A DNA stretch of 64,000 nt from a virus: positions 1 through 64,000 of the IMG/VR virus record IMGVR_UViG_3300021962_000073; one strand, given 5' to 3'. Below the pieces are notes generated by a model, which was given only the letters and a program-made list of their open reading frames with translations, had not been told where the DNA came from and did not search any database. Both the position numbers and the translations under genes were made by a program. Position 1 is the first letter of the stretch, and every line of letters begins with the position of its first letter. Shown here in pieces: positions 46,908-57,792 of this stretch.

Positions 46908-48229
46908 CAGATAGTTTAGTCACTAAAACCACACAATATAAAATAAAAGATTTATCTATCGTATCGAAAATCGGTAAAATAGACATCACTGGATTATTTG
47001 AAGAGTTGGATATATTTGATTGTATTTTCTTTCCGTCTATAACGGGAAAAATAGTTATAAATGATACATTAGGATTAACAAGTAGACTTGCATTAGATGG
47101 CTCAGAAGTTTTAGTTATTCATATGGGTAAGACCGATGAGGATGCCGTTTTCAGAAAATCTTTTAGAATTTATAAACAGAGCGATAGACAATCCTTAAAC
47201 AATAATTCAGAGAGATATATTTTACATTTTATTTCCGATGAATATTTGTTATCACAACAAAACAGAATATCGCAATCATTTGTTGGCACATATACGCAGA
47301 TGGTAATGAATATTTTGGAGAATTATCTTGGAATAAAATCTAAGTCTCTGAGTGTAATTGAAGATTCTGTGGGTGTCAGAAAGATGGTTGTTCCAATGAA
47401 GACTCCTTTTGATGCTATAGATTTGTGTGCTCGAAGAGCCATAAACATTAATGGTTCACCTACATTTTTGTTTTTCGAAAATAAAGTAGGATATAATTTT
47501 GTCACTACATCATCTTTGATTAAACAGAATGCCATTCATACCATAAATTTTGAACCTAAGAATATAGTCCAGAATGACACTGAAATGATGGGTGCAATGA
47601 AGTATGAAGTCGTTTCTCAGTTTGATGTAAACAAAAGTATAACTGATGGTGTATATTCAGGAACTTTTATTGGGTTTGATCCTACAACAAGAACTATTGT
47701 TAAACAGTACATCAACTATAATGAATTGTATGCATCGAATGGTTTGGCAAATAAAGTTCCGAATATAGGCGTGACCGAGAATCGAGCAGGAATAAAAAGC
47801 ACAGATATGTACAATTCTAAAATTACAGTTTTTCCTTGCTCTGTATTTTCTTCGAAAAGTAGTTATATAAAACAAAATTTTCCTGAGATGATTAATTATG
47901 ATGATGATACATATAATTATGTTTTTCAAAGAGAAGCATCACTCAGGTCTCTTTTAACTCAAAGATTAAAATTAGCGATGCCAGGTAATTTCGATTTAAC
48001 ATCAGGCACCACGGCAAATATAATAATACCTAATAGATCAGAACAATCTCCTACTGAAGATGCAATAGATTATTCATTAAGCGGTAAATATTTGATTATT
48101 GCATCCAGACAGATAATTTCGTATAATAAACATATTACAGTTGTAGAAGTTGCAACAGATTCCACGAATAGAGATAATTACTACTATAGTACGAACATGC
48201 AAGATGGAGCTATAGCAGATTATGCATAA
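46904..48229 (+). CDS. baseplate hub protein (gp27-like)
   Basis: position between gp53 and gp5; FLFFEN..G.NF, PGN..L..G, SGKYLI. Confidence 0.65.
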   Translation: MTDSLVTKTTQYKIKDLSIVSKIGKIDITGLFEELDIFDCIFFPSITGKIVINDTLGLTSRLALDGSEVLVIHMGKTDEDAVFRKSFRIYKQSDRQSLNNNSERYILHFISDEYLLSQQNRISQSFVGTYTQMVMNILENYLGIKSKSLSVIEDSVGVRKMVVPMKTPFDAIDLCARRAININGSPTFLFFENKVGYNFVTTSSLIKQNAIHTINFEPKNIVQNDTEMMGAMKYEVVSQFDVNKSITDGVYSGTFIGFDPTTRTIVKQYINYNELYASNGLANKVPNIGVTENRAGIKSTDMYNSKITVFPCSVFSSKSSYIKQNFPEMINYDDDTYNYVFQREASLRSLLTQRLKLAMPGNFDLTSGTTANIIIPNRSEQSPTEDAIDYSLSGKYLIIASRQIISYNKHITVVEVATDSTNRDNYYYSTNMQDGAIADYA

Positions 48230-49217
48230 TATGAACTTTATATGGTGGATAGGTGTCGTAGAAAATATCGACGATCCTTTAAAGATAGGAAGATTGAGAG
48301 TAAGGATCATTAATTATCATACAGAAAATCTGAATCTTCTTCCATCTACTGATTTACCTTGGGCTGAAGTTTTATTTGCATCCAATGGATCGACTTATTT
48401 AAATGTAAAAGAAGAGGATTGGGTGATAGGGTTTTTCTCTGATGGACCTAATGCTCAAAGACCTGTTGTTATGGGAGTTTTGCCTGCTATAAAAGAGATA
48501 CAGCCTAGTATCGAAACTGGATTTTCTAGACAGGTAACTCCTGTACAAATATTGAAGGCACCAGAGCCCGCAAAAGAAATTGTCGTTGGTAAAGTGGGTG
48601 AGCCTACTATTCCCAGATCGACAAGAGGAGTTGTTACTGGTACGCCAATTGAAATCGCAAACAATAAAAGAGAACACGTTTGCGACATCTCAAATGAAAT
48701 GACGCGAGCAGCCTCATGGGTTAGACTTAAATTTAGCGAATTTATGGACCTAATCAGAAAAGGAATTAGAGCATTACTTAAAGCATTAGGAACATCACCA
48801 GATGGTGTTTCATCCAGATTTCAGGAATTAGCTAAAGCAGTGTCGAATGAACTTAAAAAAGTTCAGAAAGTATTAAAAGATGTGCAAGATGCGATTGCTG
48901 TTTTTAATAATTTTATAAAAAAAGTAAATGATTTGATCAAATATATTTTATCTCTTCCTGCCAAACTTTTAGCTATGCTCCAAGAATGCCTAAGTAACTT
49001 ATACTCTTCCCTATCTAAAGGATTTACAGAATTATTTAAAGATGTTGGTGGTAGTTCTGATTTCTCTTCGATAGCGGAAGTTGCAAAAGAAGTACAGAAA
49101 ACTGTAGGAGTTGCTGTAGAAACCGCAGGAAAAGCAGCAGAGTCGGCTGCATTAACTGCATCAACTATCGCAACCGTTGGTGCCGCAACACAAACTGCGA
49201 AAGCATTCAAAATATGA
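48222..49217 (+). CDS. 5: gp5 N-terminal OB-fold protein
   Basis: WWIGVVE..DDPL..GR.RVRI..YH, LPWA, WV.GFF.DG..AQ.P. Confidence 0.8.
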   Translation: MHNMNFIWWIGVVENIDDPLKIGRLRVRIINYHTENLNLLPSTDLPWAEVLFASNGSTYLNVKEEDWVIGFFSDGPNAQRPVVMGVLPAIKEIQPSIETGFSRQVTPVQILKAPEPAKEIVVGKVGEPTIPRSTRGVVTGTPIEIANNKREHVCDISNEMTRAASWVRLKFSEFMDLIRKGIRALLKALGTSPDGVSSRFQELAKAVSNELKKVQKVLKDVQDAIAVFNNFIKKVNDLIKYILSLPAKLLAMLQECLSNLYSSLSKGFTELFKDVGGSSDFSSIAEVAKEVQKTVGVAVETAGKAAESAALTASTIATVGAATQTAKAFKI

Positions 49218-50050
49218 GCGAACTAGAAAAACCATCATGGGACTATGGTTGGACAGAACCCGAATCTGAAGCCTCAATAGAAAACCCACCGACTTATCCT
49301 TATAATAAGGCCACTGTTACTGATTCTGGTCATTCATTTGAAATGGATGATACGAAAGGTAGAGAGAGAGTTCGCCTTCAACACGGTGGTGCAAAAACTA
49401 ACGGTGAGGGTACATTTTTCGAAATGCAATCGAATGGTGATATGGTCACTAAAGTAATTAAAGACAATTATGAAATTATTGCGGGAAGAAATAATGTCTT
49501 AATAAAAGGTGTCTGTAATATAACAATAGAAGGCGATTCTGTCCTTCATGTTAAAGGTAATAAGTATGAAAGAATCGATGGAGATTATATACAGGAAGTA
49601 AGAGGTAGATTTACACAAACAGTTGTGGGTGACAGTACAACAAGTAGTTTAGGAACTTTATCATTAAATGCCGGCAACCCAGAATCTTTAATACCTGATG
49701 GTATTATGATTTTTAGAGCAGGCGATTTCGTTTCTGTTGATAGTGACTTGAATGTTGAAGGTTCTGTCGCTGCCGATATGATAACATCTGTAACTAAAGT
49801 AAATGCTGGAACACAAGTTAATGCGGGACCTTTGGGATTTGTAACTGAAAGTGGTGGATTGGCTGTTGGAGTACCTGTTGCAACCCCGCTTCAGGTAAAT
49901 GCGGCTCTTTCAGTTAACTCACCATTAATTAATGGTACTGTTGTCCGAGATTCTATGGGAACAATGATGACCATGAGATTTCAGCACAATATACACAATC
50001 ATATGGCCTTTAAAGGTCCAACTTCTACTCCATTAAAGAAAATGATTTGA
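49214..50050 (+). CDS. gp5 C-terminal beta-helix spike protein
   Basis: YPYN..T.SGH.FE.DDT...ER....H, V.G repeats, terminal H.H. Confidence 0.75.
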   Translation: MSELEKPSWDYGWTEPESEASIENPPTYPYNKATVTDSGHSFEMDDTKGRERVRLQHGGAKTNGEGTFFEMQSNGDMVTKVIKDNYEIIAGRNNVLIKGVCNITIEGDSVLHVKGNKYERIDGDYIQEVRGRFTQTVVGDSTTSSLGTLSLNAGNPESLIPDGIMIFRAGDFVSVDSDLNVEGSVAADMITSVTKVNAGTQVNAGPLGFVTESGGLAVGVPVATPLQVNAALSVNSPLINGTVVRDSMGTMMTMRFQHNIHNHMAFKGPTSTPLKKMI

Positions 50051-50058
50051 GGTGATGA

Positions 50059-50922
50059 ATGTCTGGAGCGAATGTTTTTAATCGTTTAAGTTTTAGTTTC
50101 GATACGAGTAAATTTGGTGAGGCGGCCAATTTAAGTCAAGGAACAAAAGACTTTTTAAATACTAGTCCTGTAGTTTTGACGGATTGGCAAAAATCCGATT
50201 TAGCCAATGGCACGATTGTTGTGACGGATTACTACAAAAATCCTTTAGTAAATGTTTTGAGTCAACTGAGATCAAATGTTTATAATTTATACAACACTTT
50301 TATTTCTGTAGAATTTTTTGATTTTCCGAATGTACAGACTGCTAATATAGTTTCCGAAACTAGCAATTTGATCGTTCAAATTGATATGATGAAAAAACAT
50401 TCAGATAATATTTCTGGAGTAACCAGTTCTTTCGGAGATACAATAGAAAATTCTACTGTGGTTATTGAATATCCCGACTATGAAAAAGCAATATCGATAG
50501 GAAGAGATTTGGTAATGTTACTTAATTCCACAGACGGAATTCAAAATGCTACTCCAGTTTTGGGAAGTATGACAAGCCTTTTTATAAAAAATGATATTCA
50601 AAATAATAACCCTATAATTGTTACTGCAAATACAACAATTAACAATAGTATTAGACTCGTTTCTGTTGGTGGAGGATATAATGTATATTCAAATATATCT
50701 GGAACGACATCAAATAGTATACTTTTACAAATTAAAACGGCAAATACTTTAATTGGTGGTAGAAGAGAACACGATTGGAACTATTATCGAGAGGGTTTGA
50801 AATTGATGGAAGACTACAATAAGGTTACCAAATTTGAAGATGTAGGACAAACCCAAGAATATCTGGTAAAAAATCTTATTGGAACTGATTCATATATAAA
50901 CAAGATTTCGGCAAACACATAA
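50059..50922 (+). CDS. hypothetical virion protein
   Basis: ORF within baseplate operon. Confidence 0.65.
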   Translation: MSGANVFNRLSFSFDTSKFGEAANLSQGTKDFLNTSPVVLTDWQKSDLANGTIVVTDYYKNPLVNVLSQLRSNVYNLYNTFISVEFFDFPNVQTANIVSETSNLIVQIDMMKKHSDNISGVTSSFGDTIENSTVVIEYPDYEKAISIGRDLVMLLNSTDGIQNATPVLGSMTSLFIKNDIQNNNPIIVTANTTINNSIRLVSVGGGYNVYSNISGTTSNSILLQIKTANTLIGGRREHDWNYYREGLKLMEDYNKVTKFEDVGQTQEYLVKNLIGTDSYINKISANT

Positions 50923-50932
50923 TAAATAAGAA

Positions 50933-51337
50933 ATGGCAAGCATAGTCGCACAAACCGCAAAAAGATATAAAGACCTGGATTTGTCTTTTACTAGACATCC
51001 AGTTAGAAATGATGTCAATAAACATACTGATGAGATGGCTGTTATAAATGCTCTCAAAAATTTGTTATCTTTGAGCTATTATGAAAAGCCCTTTCATCCA
51101 GAAATAGGTTCTGGAGTTAGAGGTTTATTATTTGAAAATATGGATATCGTTACGGCCAGAGTTTTGGAAAGAGAAATAAAACAAACAATACAGAATTTTG
51201 AACCTAGAGTAAATGTTCAAAAAGTAGAAGTTTCTCCAGATTTTGATAATAATGGATATTCTATAGGTATGACTTTTTATATTATAAACAGAACAGAACC
51301 AATAACAATAGATTTTTTCTTGCAAAGAGATAGATAA
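50933..51337 (+). CDS. 25: baseplate wedge gp25
   Basis: YKDLDL.F..HP, EKPF.P..GS....LFE, FEPRV. Confidence 0.92.
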   Translation: MASIVAQTAKRYKDLDLSFTRHPVRNDVNKHTDEMAVINALKNLLSLSYYEKPFHPEIGSGVRGLLFENMDIVTARVLEREIKQTIQNFEPRVNVQKVEVSPDFDNNGYSIGMTFYIINRTEPITIDFFLQRDR

Positions 51338-51339
51338 AA

Positions 51340-53412
51340 ATGGCAGATCGTCTAAATGTCACGGAATTGGATTTCGATTCAATTAAAACTAATCTCAAAA
51401 ACTTTTTGAAACAACAATCAGAATTTGAAGATTATGATTTTGAAGGTTCTGGTTTAAACATACTGTTGGATGTGTTGGCATACAATACACACTATAATGC
51501 TTTTTATTTGAATGCGATAGCAAATGAATCATTCCTAGATACCGCAGTTTTAAGAAACTCTGTAGTATCACATGCTAAAAAATTAGGTTATACACCTAGA
51601 TCAAAATCTGCTGCAAAAGCAATTGTAAATATTACCGTACAAACAGACAATTCTAATCCAGGTACTTTGACTTTACCTAAAGGTTATGTTTTTCTTTCTT
51701 CTAAAATCGACGGCGCATCATATAAGTTTGTAACATTAGAAACTTATACCGTATCTAAAACTGGCAACAATTTTGTGTTTACTTCAATACCAATTTATGA
51801 AGGTCAGTTAGTATCATATAGTTACATAAACAGTTATGCTGAAAATCCTCGACAACTTTTTACTATACAAGATTCTGAAGTTGATACAAAAACCTTAAAG
51901 ATTAGTGTTAGACAATCAACTTCTAATTCTCAAGTTACTGTATTTACTAAAGCAGAAAACATTTTAGAATTGACTGCGAATTCTGAAGTTTATTATTTAC
52001 AAGAAGGTAGAAACAGTCAGTATGATGTTTATTTTGGAGATAATGTTCTGAGTAAAAGGATTCCTGATGGCGGAGTTGTTACATTAGAATACTTGATTAC
52101 AAATGCTGATTTGGCAAATAAAGCAAATACATTTACTACTTCGGCACCTATAGGTGGTTTTTCCACAATAGTTGTCAATCCTTTATCTGCTGCTTCAGGT
52201 GGTTCTCCTGCTGAAACAGTTGAACAGATCAAGTTTGCAGCACCATTATCCTTATTATCACAAAATCGTGCAGTCACTAAAAACGATTATATAAGATTGA
52301 TACAGCAAAAATATCCTGCATTCGAGGCAGTCAATGTGTGGGGTGGAGAGGAAAATGATCCTCCAATTTATGGCAAGGTTTTCATTTCGGCAAAACCAAA
52401 ATTAGGTTTTGAAATTACACAAACCGAAAAAGAATTTGTTGTTGAGAATGTATTGAAACCCATTAGTATGTTGACCGTAACTCCAGAAATAATTGATGTA
52501 GATTATAATTACTTGAAGGTAACAACTACCGTATTTTATGATAGAAATAAAACAACTCAGTCCGATGAGGATTTAAAAAATTCAATAAAGACAGTTATCT
52601 CAAATTATTGTAATAATAATTTAAATAAATTTAATTCATATTTTAAATATTCTGGTTTAGAAACCGCAATAGATTCTTATAGTTCATCGATCTTTTCGAA
52701 TGAGGTCGAATTATTTGTGGCTAAAAAATTTAGACCAGTTTTAGGACAATCAGATAGTTATGTTTTAGATTTTGGTTTCGAATTGTCAAGAGGCACTACT
52801 AGCGATAATTTTTATTCATCTCCCGACTTTACGATTGTTGATGAAGAAGGCATCTCTAGACAATGTTTTTTTGAAGAAATACCATCATCATTTACAGGAC
52901 TAGAATCTGTTACAATTACGAATCCAGGATATGGTTATACTTCCACTCCAACAGTAACAGTTGTTGGAGATGGAGAAGGAGCAGTTGCCGTTGCAACAAT
53001 AGTTAATGGAAAATTATCAAAGATAGAAGTGACCAATCCAGGCGTCGGCTATACTACTGCCGCAATTCAAATAATTGGTGGTGGAGGTTTTTTAGGTGCC
53101 GCTTCTGCGGTTTTAGAAGGTCGATATGGACAAATAAGAATATCTTATTACAAAACAGATGAAATCAGTAGTCAGAGTACGAAAGTTGTTATCAACAGAA
53201 ATAGAAATAATGGTATTACAGGAACAATTGATTACTTCTTAGGAAAAATATACATAGATAATTTTTATCCTACGGCAGTAAATAATAGCTTTGGTGATAT
53301 CATGATTCATATAAAGCCAAAAATAAACGTAATTCAATCCAAATTAAATCATATGCTTGTCATCGATACTGACGATTCCTCAAGCATAGTAGTTAAAACA
53401 GTTATCGTATAA
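51340..53412 (+). CDS. 6: baseplate wedge gp6
   Basis: LDFD.IK, DYDFEGSGL..LLDVLAYNTHY, QNRAVT..DY, WGGE. Confidence 0.93.
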   Translation: MADRLNVTELDFDSIKTNLKNFLKQQSEFEDYDFEGSGLNILLDVLAYNTHYNAFYLNAIANESFLDTAVLRNSVVSHAKKLGYTPRSKSAAKAIVNITVQTDNSNPGTLTLPKGYVFLSSKIDGASYKFVTLETYTVSKTGNNFVFTSIPIYEGQLVSYSYINSYAENPRQLFTIQDSEVDTKTLKISVRQSTSNSQVTVFTKAENILELTANSEVYYLQEGRNSQYDVYFGDNVLSKRIPDGGVVTLEYLITNADLANKANTFTTSAPIGGFSTIVVNPLSAASGGSPAETVEQIKFAAPLSLLSQNRAVTKNDYIRLIQQKYPAFEAVNVWGGEENDPPIYGKVFISAKPKLGFEITQTEKEFVVENVLKPISMLTVTPEIIDVDYNYLKVTTTVFYDRNKTTQSDEDLKNSIKTVISNYCNNNLNKFNSYFKYSGLETAIDSYSSSIFSNEVELFVAKKFRPVLGQSDSYVLDFGFELSRGTTSDNFYSSPDFTIVDEEGISRQCFFEEIPSSFTGLESVTITNPGYGYTSTPTVTVVGDGEGAVAVATIVNGKLSKIEVTNPGVGYTTAAIQIIGGGGFLGAASAVLEGRYGQIRISYYKTDEISSQSTKVVINRNRNNGITGTIDYFLGKIYIDNFYPTAVNNSFGDIMIHIKPKINVIQSKLNHMLVIDTDDSSSIVVKTVIV

Positions 53413-56400
53413 TGCAAAATTTTAAAACATCATCTCTGGTAAAAAGACAATTACCGGATTTTGTAAGAAGTGATCATCCTACATTCGTAACTTTTTTAGA
53501 AAAATATTATGAATGGTTAGAACAAACCGATAAAGTATACTATGAGATCGATGCACTAAAAGATTCGCATGATGTCGATACTGCTGATTCTTTCTATATT
53601 GAAAAATTAAAACAAGATTTATTACCTTATTTTCCAGCTAATGTAATAGCAGATAAGAGATTATTTTTAAAACTCGTTTCTAATTTTTATAAGTCTAGCG
53701 GAACTCAAGAATCTCTTAAATTTTTATTCAAAGCATTATATAATGATGACATAGAAATTTATTATCCTAAAGAAGATATTCTAAAAGCTTCTGATGGTAA
53801 ATGGGTTTTACCTTTAGCCCTTCGTATTGATACGAATGATAATAATATTTTTAATATTGAAAAATGTATTTTGCAAGGAGTTTCTTCTAAAGCAACGTCT
53901 ATAGTTGAGAAAGTAATACGATCTGTAGATAGACAGTTAGGTGTCTCTTATATTGAAGTTTACATTTCAAATATTGAAAGACTTTATGAAACGGGTGAGA
54001 CGGTCACAGCAACTTATAACGATTCAATAACTGAATTACCTGTAACAGTTACAGGACGTTTGATTGGTTCTCTATCAGAAATTAAAATAAATCCCAGCAA
54101 TAGAGGTCTTCTCTATAGAGGTTATGAACCAGAAAATAATTATGATGGTGATCCTGTTAGTATTGTTGGAGGTTTAAATCCTGAATCTGCTAATCCTATA
54201 GGTGCATTAGCTTATGTTGGTGATGTTACTAAAGGCTCAATTACTGATATTGTTGTTGAAAATGGTGGGTTTGGATTTAGAAGTCAGATAGATTTTCCAG
54301 GATCTTCTTTAATAGATTTCCAGGGCGGTTTTGAAAATACCGCATTTGGACAAGAAGCCAGAGCAAACATTTCTCTTATTGATGAAGATATAGTTAGAAC
54401 GATGAATCTCACTAGCACAATCGTTTCTAATATTATCACGGGATCAAATGTAACATTAACTGGTACTGCAAGCATTTCATCGACGGGAAATGTAGTTACA
54501 GGATCAGGGACTTCATTTACTACACAATTATCAGTTGGAGATGCGGTATATTTTGGTGGTTTCCTTCAAGAAGTTACACTCATAACAAACAATACAACAT
54601 TAGAGGTAGCAAATAATTTTCCAACTACAACAAGTGGAGTCTCTCTCATCAAAGCAGGAGGAGTAATTGCTAATATTAGATCACAATTAATTAGTAATTT
54701 ATCTTCTTTTAATAGTATAAATGTTTATCCAATATCATTTGTAACGATTGATGGATCTGGTGGTGGTTATAGAAGTAAGCCACAAGTTGAGACTTATAGT
54801 TTTTATTTGGAAGAGTATACAGATGATTTAATATTAGGTAGTGTATCTATTGTAAAAGGCACTTCGCTAGTATCGAATAATGCAACATCAACAGGAAATT
54901 TACCTTCTCTTATCGAAACTGGAGACTATGTAAGAATAAGTTATATTTCTCAGGCAGGAACTCAAATCGGTGAAGAGATTCGAGAAGTTGAATATGTCGA
55001 TAGTAATACTTTATATTTTTCTGAGCCATTCGCTAATGATGTTTTGGCTAGAGTGTATAAAGTTAATAGAAGAGATTTATATAAACTTGGATCTCTAGGT
55101 AGAATTTCTATAAATTCTCCTGGTTTAAATTATGCCAACGGAGAAGTTTTAATTTTTACTGGAGGTAGTGGCTATGGTGCGAATGGATATGTAACAGTAA
55201 ATGCTCTAGGATCAATAGTAGGAGTAACTTTAAATAATCATTCTTCAAACGCATATGTAATTGGAGGTGAGGGTTATAGTAGAACATCTTTACCTACTCT
55301 AACCATACAGACATCTGGTGGTACAGGTGCCAATCTTACCGTTTCGGAAATAACTGGTGATGGTGAATCCTATTCATTAACGACATCTAGAGTTGGAGCA
55401 ATTTCCAGCATTAGAGTTATAAGTTACGGTTATGATTATATTTCTTCACCTAAAGTTTCATTGAGAAATGCAGACATTCAAACAACTGGTATAACACCAG
55501 GAACTCTTTTTGTTGCAAATACCACAGTTTATCAAGGTACATCAAATTCAAACTTTTCATTTAAAGCCACAGTAGATTCATTTAATCAGTCTAGCGGTTT
55601 GCTCAGAGTTTTTGATTATATCGGTACTATCAACACAGCAAGAAGATTGATATACGATAGCTCAATTTCTTTAAATGCAGTAAGTTCGAATGTAACGTCT
55701 TTTGTTGCTTATGGAGATGGAACTGCGAAAGCCACTGCTAAATTTGAAAATGGCTTGATAAGATATCCAGGTATTTACCTCAACACTGATGGTCAAGTTA
55801 GTGCTGATAAGAAATTGCAAGATTCGGAAAAATATCACAACTTCTCTTATGTAATAAAATCCGAAACCGATTATGCAGATTTTAAGAAGCCTTTGAATGA
55901 TCTTGTTCATCCTATCGGTACAAAAACTCTTGTCGTTCGAAATATTGATAATTTCGAAATTATTCCGACATCCAATTCTTCAGATTTTATTACAGTAACT
56001 TCTTTAGCAGATAGTTATAATATAGGAATAAATTCGAACACAATAACGACAACAAATGTTTCAGCAAATCTACAGCAATTAGTAAATGTTGGTGATATAA
56101 TTATACTTTCAAATGTTCACAAAACCCTGCAAAATACAGTAAATGTAACTAGTGGATCCAATGTACTAACTGGTATCGCAAACGATGTCAATTTTATTAA
56201 TGACTTACAAGAAGGTGATACAATCTACCTATCAACAGGAAATACCGTTACGATACAGTCCATAACCAATTCTAATTTTGCATTACTAAGTACAACAATT
56301 AATGTCACTTCAACCTCAGCAACTATGAATTTAGTCTATTCTGAAGTAGCTAAAGCAAATTCAGTAAATGCAAATACTATTATAACTACGACTAAATTTA

Positions 56401-56447
56401 AAGCAAGTGGAAGCAATCTTTCAGCAACCATTCAAAAAGTTAGATAA
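53412..56447 (+). CDS. 7: baseplate wedge gp7-like
   Basis: QLP.FV..D.P.FV.FLE.YY, FY.S.GT..S..FLF..LY, LQDS..Y..FSYVI, LVHP.G. Confidence 0.75.
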   Translation: MQNFKTSSLVKRQLPDFVRSDHPTFVTFLEKYYEWLEQTDKVYYEIDALKDSHDVDTADSFYIEKLKQDLLPYFPANVIADKRLFLKLVSNFYKSSGTQESLKFLFKALYNDDIEIYYPKEDILKASDGKWVLPLALRIDTNDNNIFNIEKCILQGVSSKATSIVEKVIRSVDRQLGVSYIEVYISNIERLYETGETVTATYNDSITELPVTVTGRLIGSLSEIKINPSNRGLLYRGYEPENNYDGDPVSIVGGLNPESANPIGALAYVGDVTKGSITDIVVENGGFGFRSQIDFPGSSLIDFQGGFENTAFGQEARANISLIDEDIVRTMNLTSTIVSNIITGSNVTLTGTASISSTGNVVTGSGTSFTTQLSVGDAVYFGGFLQEVTLITNNTTLEVANNFPTTTSGVSLIKAGGVIANIRSQLISNLSSFNSINVYPISFVTIDGSGGGYRSKPQVETYSFYLEEYTDDLILGSVSIVKGTSLVSNNATSTGNLPSLIETGDYVRISYISQAGTQIGEEIREVEYVDSNTLYFSEPFANDVLARVYKVNRRDLYKLGSLGRISINSPGLNYANGEVLIFTGGSGYGANGYVTVNALGSIVGVTLNNHSSNAYVIGGEGYSRTSLPTLTIQTSGGTGANLTVSEITGDGESYSLTTSRVGAISSIRVISYGYDYISSPKVSLRNADIQTTGITPGTLFVANTTVYQGTSNSNFSFKATVDSFNQSSGLLRVFDYIGTINTARRLIYDSSISLNAVSSNVTSFVAYGDGTAKATAKFENGLIRYPGIYLNTDGQVSADKKLQDSEKYHNFSYVIKSETDYADFKKPLNDLVHPIGTKTLVVRNIDNFEIIPTSNSSDFITVTSLADSYNIGINSNTITTTNVSANLQQLVNVGDIIILSNVHKTLQNTVNVTSGSNVLTGIANDVNFINDLQEGDTIYLSTGNTVTIQSITNSNFALLSTTINVTSTSATMNLVYSEVAKANSVNANTIITTTKFKASGSNLSATIQKVR

Positions 56448-56455
56448 ATAAAAAC

Positions 56456-57781
56456 ATGCCATCTATTATTACTAATAATTTCAAAATAACATTAGCCAAA
56501 CAAGTATATAATTTACTTGAAATTGGTGCTAATTCCTATTTGCCGGCAGAAAAAAAATCTTATGTCTATGCTTTTATAGGTAAACAATTACCTTGGAACA
56601 CTGGCACCGAAGTTGCTCCAACTCCACAACAATCTATAGTAGCACAAAACGACTACTATAAAAGAGGAATTTACGCTAAACAATTGTCTATTGAGAATTC
56701 TTCTCTAGTTGTTCCTAGAATAAATTGGACATCGAATACTGTTTATAATACATACGAATCAAGTTCAAATTTTTATGTTTTAAATTCCAAAGATCAAGTA
56801 TTTAAATGTTTATCAAATAATAGTTCTGTTGCTTCCACAGATGAGCCTCAACTAACTTTATCGACAACTTCTCTAGAAGAACCTTACGTTCAAACTTCCG
56901 ATGGTTATAAGTGGAAGTATATGTTGACATTAACGTCTTTACAAAAACAGAAATTCTTAACGCAAGAATGGATGCCGGTTGTATATAATAAATTCGTTCG
57001 TGCCGCAGCCGAACCAGGATCAATAGATGTCGTTACAATAACAAATTCAGGTAACAATTATACTAACGGTGGAACACAAGGCATAATAAGTATAGAAGGT
57101 GATGGTACTGGCGCTATACTTAAAGCTAATGTGGCTAACGGACAAGTTCAAAATATTATTATTCAGAATAGAGGAACAAATTATACTTTCGCCAATTTAA
57201 CTTTTCAAGATGTAACAGGCGGAGTAGGTTCAGATGCAAGTGCTGTCGTTTCTATTGCTCCAGTTGATGGTCACGGATATGATCCAGTTTATGAATTAGG
57301 TGCTTCTTCGGTAATGTTCACGGTAGATTTTGATCAGAGTGAAACTTCTACTTTACCTGTCGATAATGATTTTCGAGAAGTAGTTTTAGTTCAAAATCCT
57401 CTGTTGTACGGATCAACAACTTTAGCATCTGCTTCTAAATATACACTATACACGAAAGTCAAAGTTTCTCCTGGTGTTGGAGATTTCAGTACCGATGAAA
57501 TCGTTTATCAGGGTGACTCTTATGCAACATCTACCTTTAGTGCCGATGTAATTTCTTTTGATCCTGTTGAAAATTTCATTTTTTTGAATAATATAAAAGG
57601 CACTTTAGAAACCAATAAAACAATTTGGGGATTAACTTCAGGTTCGATTAGGGTTGTAAATTCATTTTTAAATCCAAATCTCAAACCTTATTCAGGAAAA
57701 ATATTATACATATCTGATAAATTGCCCATAAGTAGGGATGCATCTCAAACAGAAAGAATTCGTTTCGTATTGAGCTTTTAA
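56456..57781 (+). CDS. 8: baseplate wedge gp8
   Basis: VVPR..W, FYV.N....VFKCL.N, DGYKWKYM, GHG.D...ELG. Confidence 0.85.
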   Translation: MPSIITNNFKITLAKQVYNLLEIGANSYLPAEKKSYVYAFIGKQLPWNTGTEVAPTPQQSIVAQNDYYKRGIYAKQLSIENSSLVVPRINWTSNTVYNTYESSSNFYVLNSKDQVFKCLSNNSSVASTDEPQLTLSTTSLEEPYVQTSDGYKWKYMLTLTSLQKQKFLTQEWMPVVYNKFVRAAAEPGSIDVVTITNSGNNYTNGGTQGIISIEGDGTGAILKANVANGQVQNIIIQNRGTNYTFANLTFQDVTGGVGSDASAVVSIAPVDGHGYDPVYELGASSVMFTVDFDQSETSTLPVDNDFREVVLVQNPLLYGSTTLASASKYTLYTKVKVSPGVGDFSTDEIVYQGDSYATSTFSADVISFDPVENFIFLNNIKGTLETNKTIWGLTSGSIRVVNSFLNPNLKPYSGKILYISDKLPISRDASQTERIRFVLSF

Positions 57782-57792
57782 ACGAGGAATAA

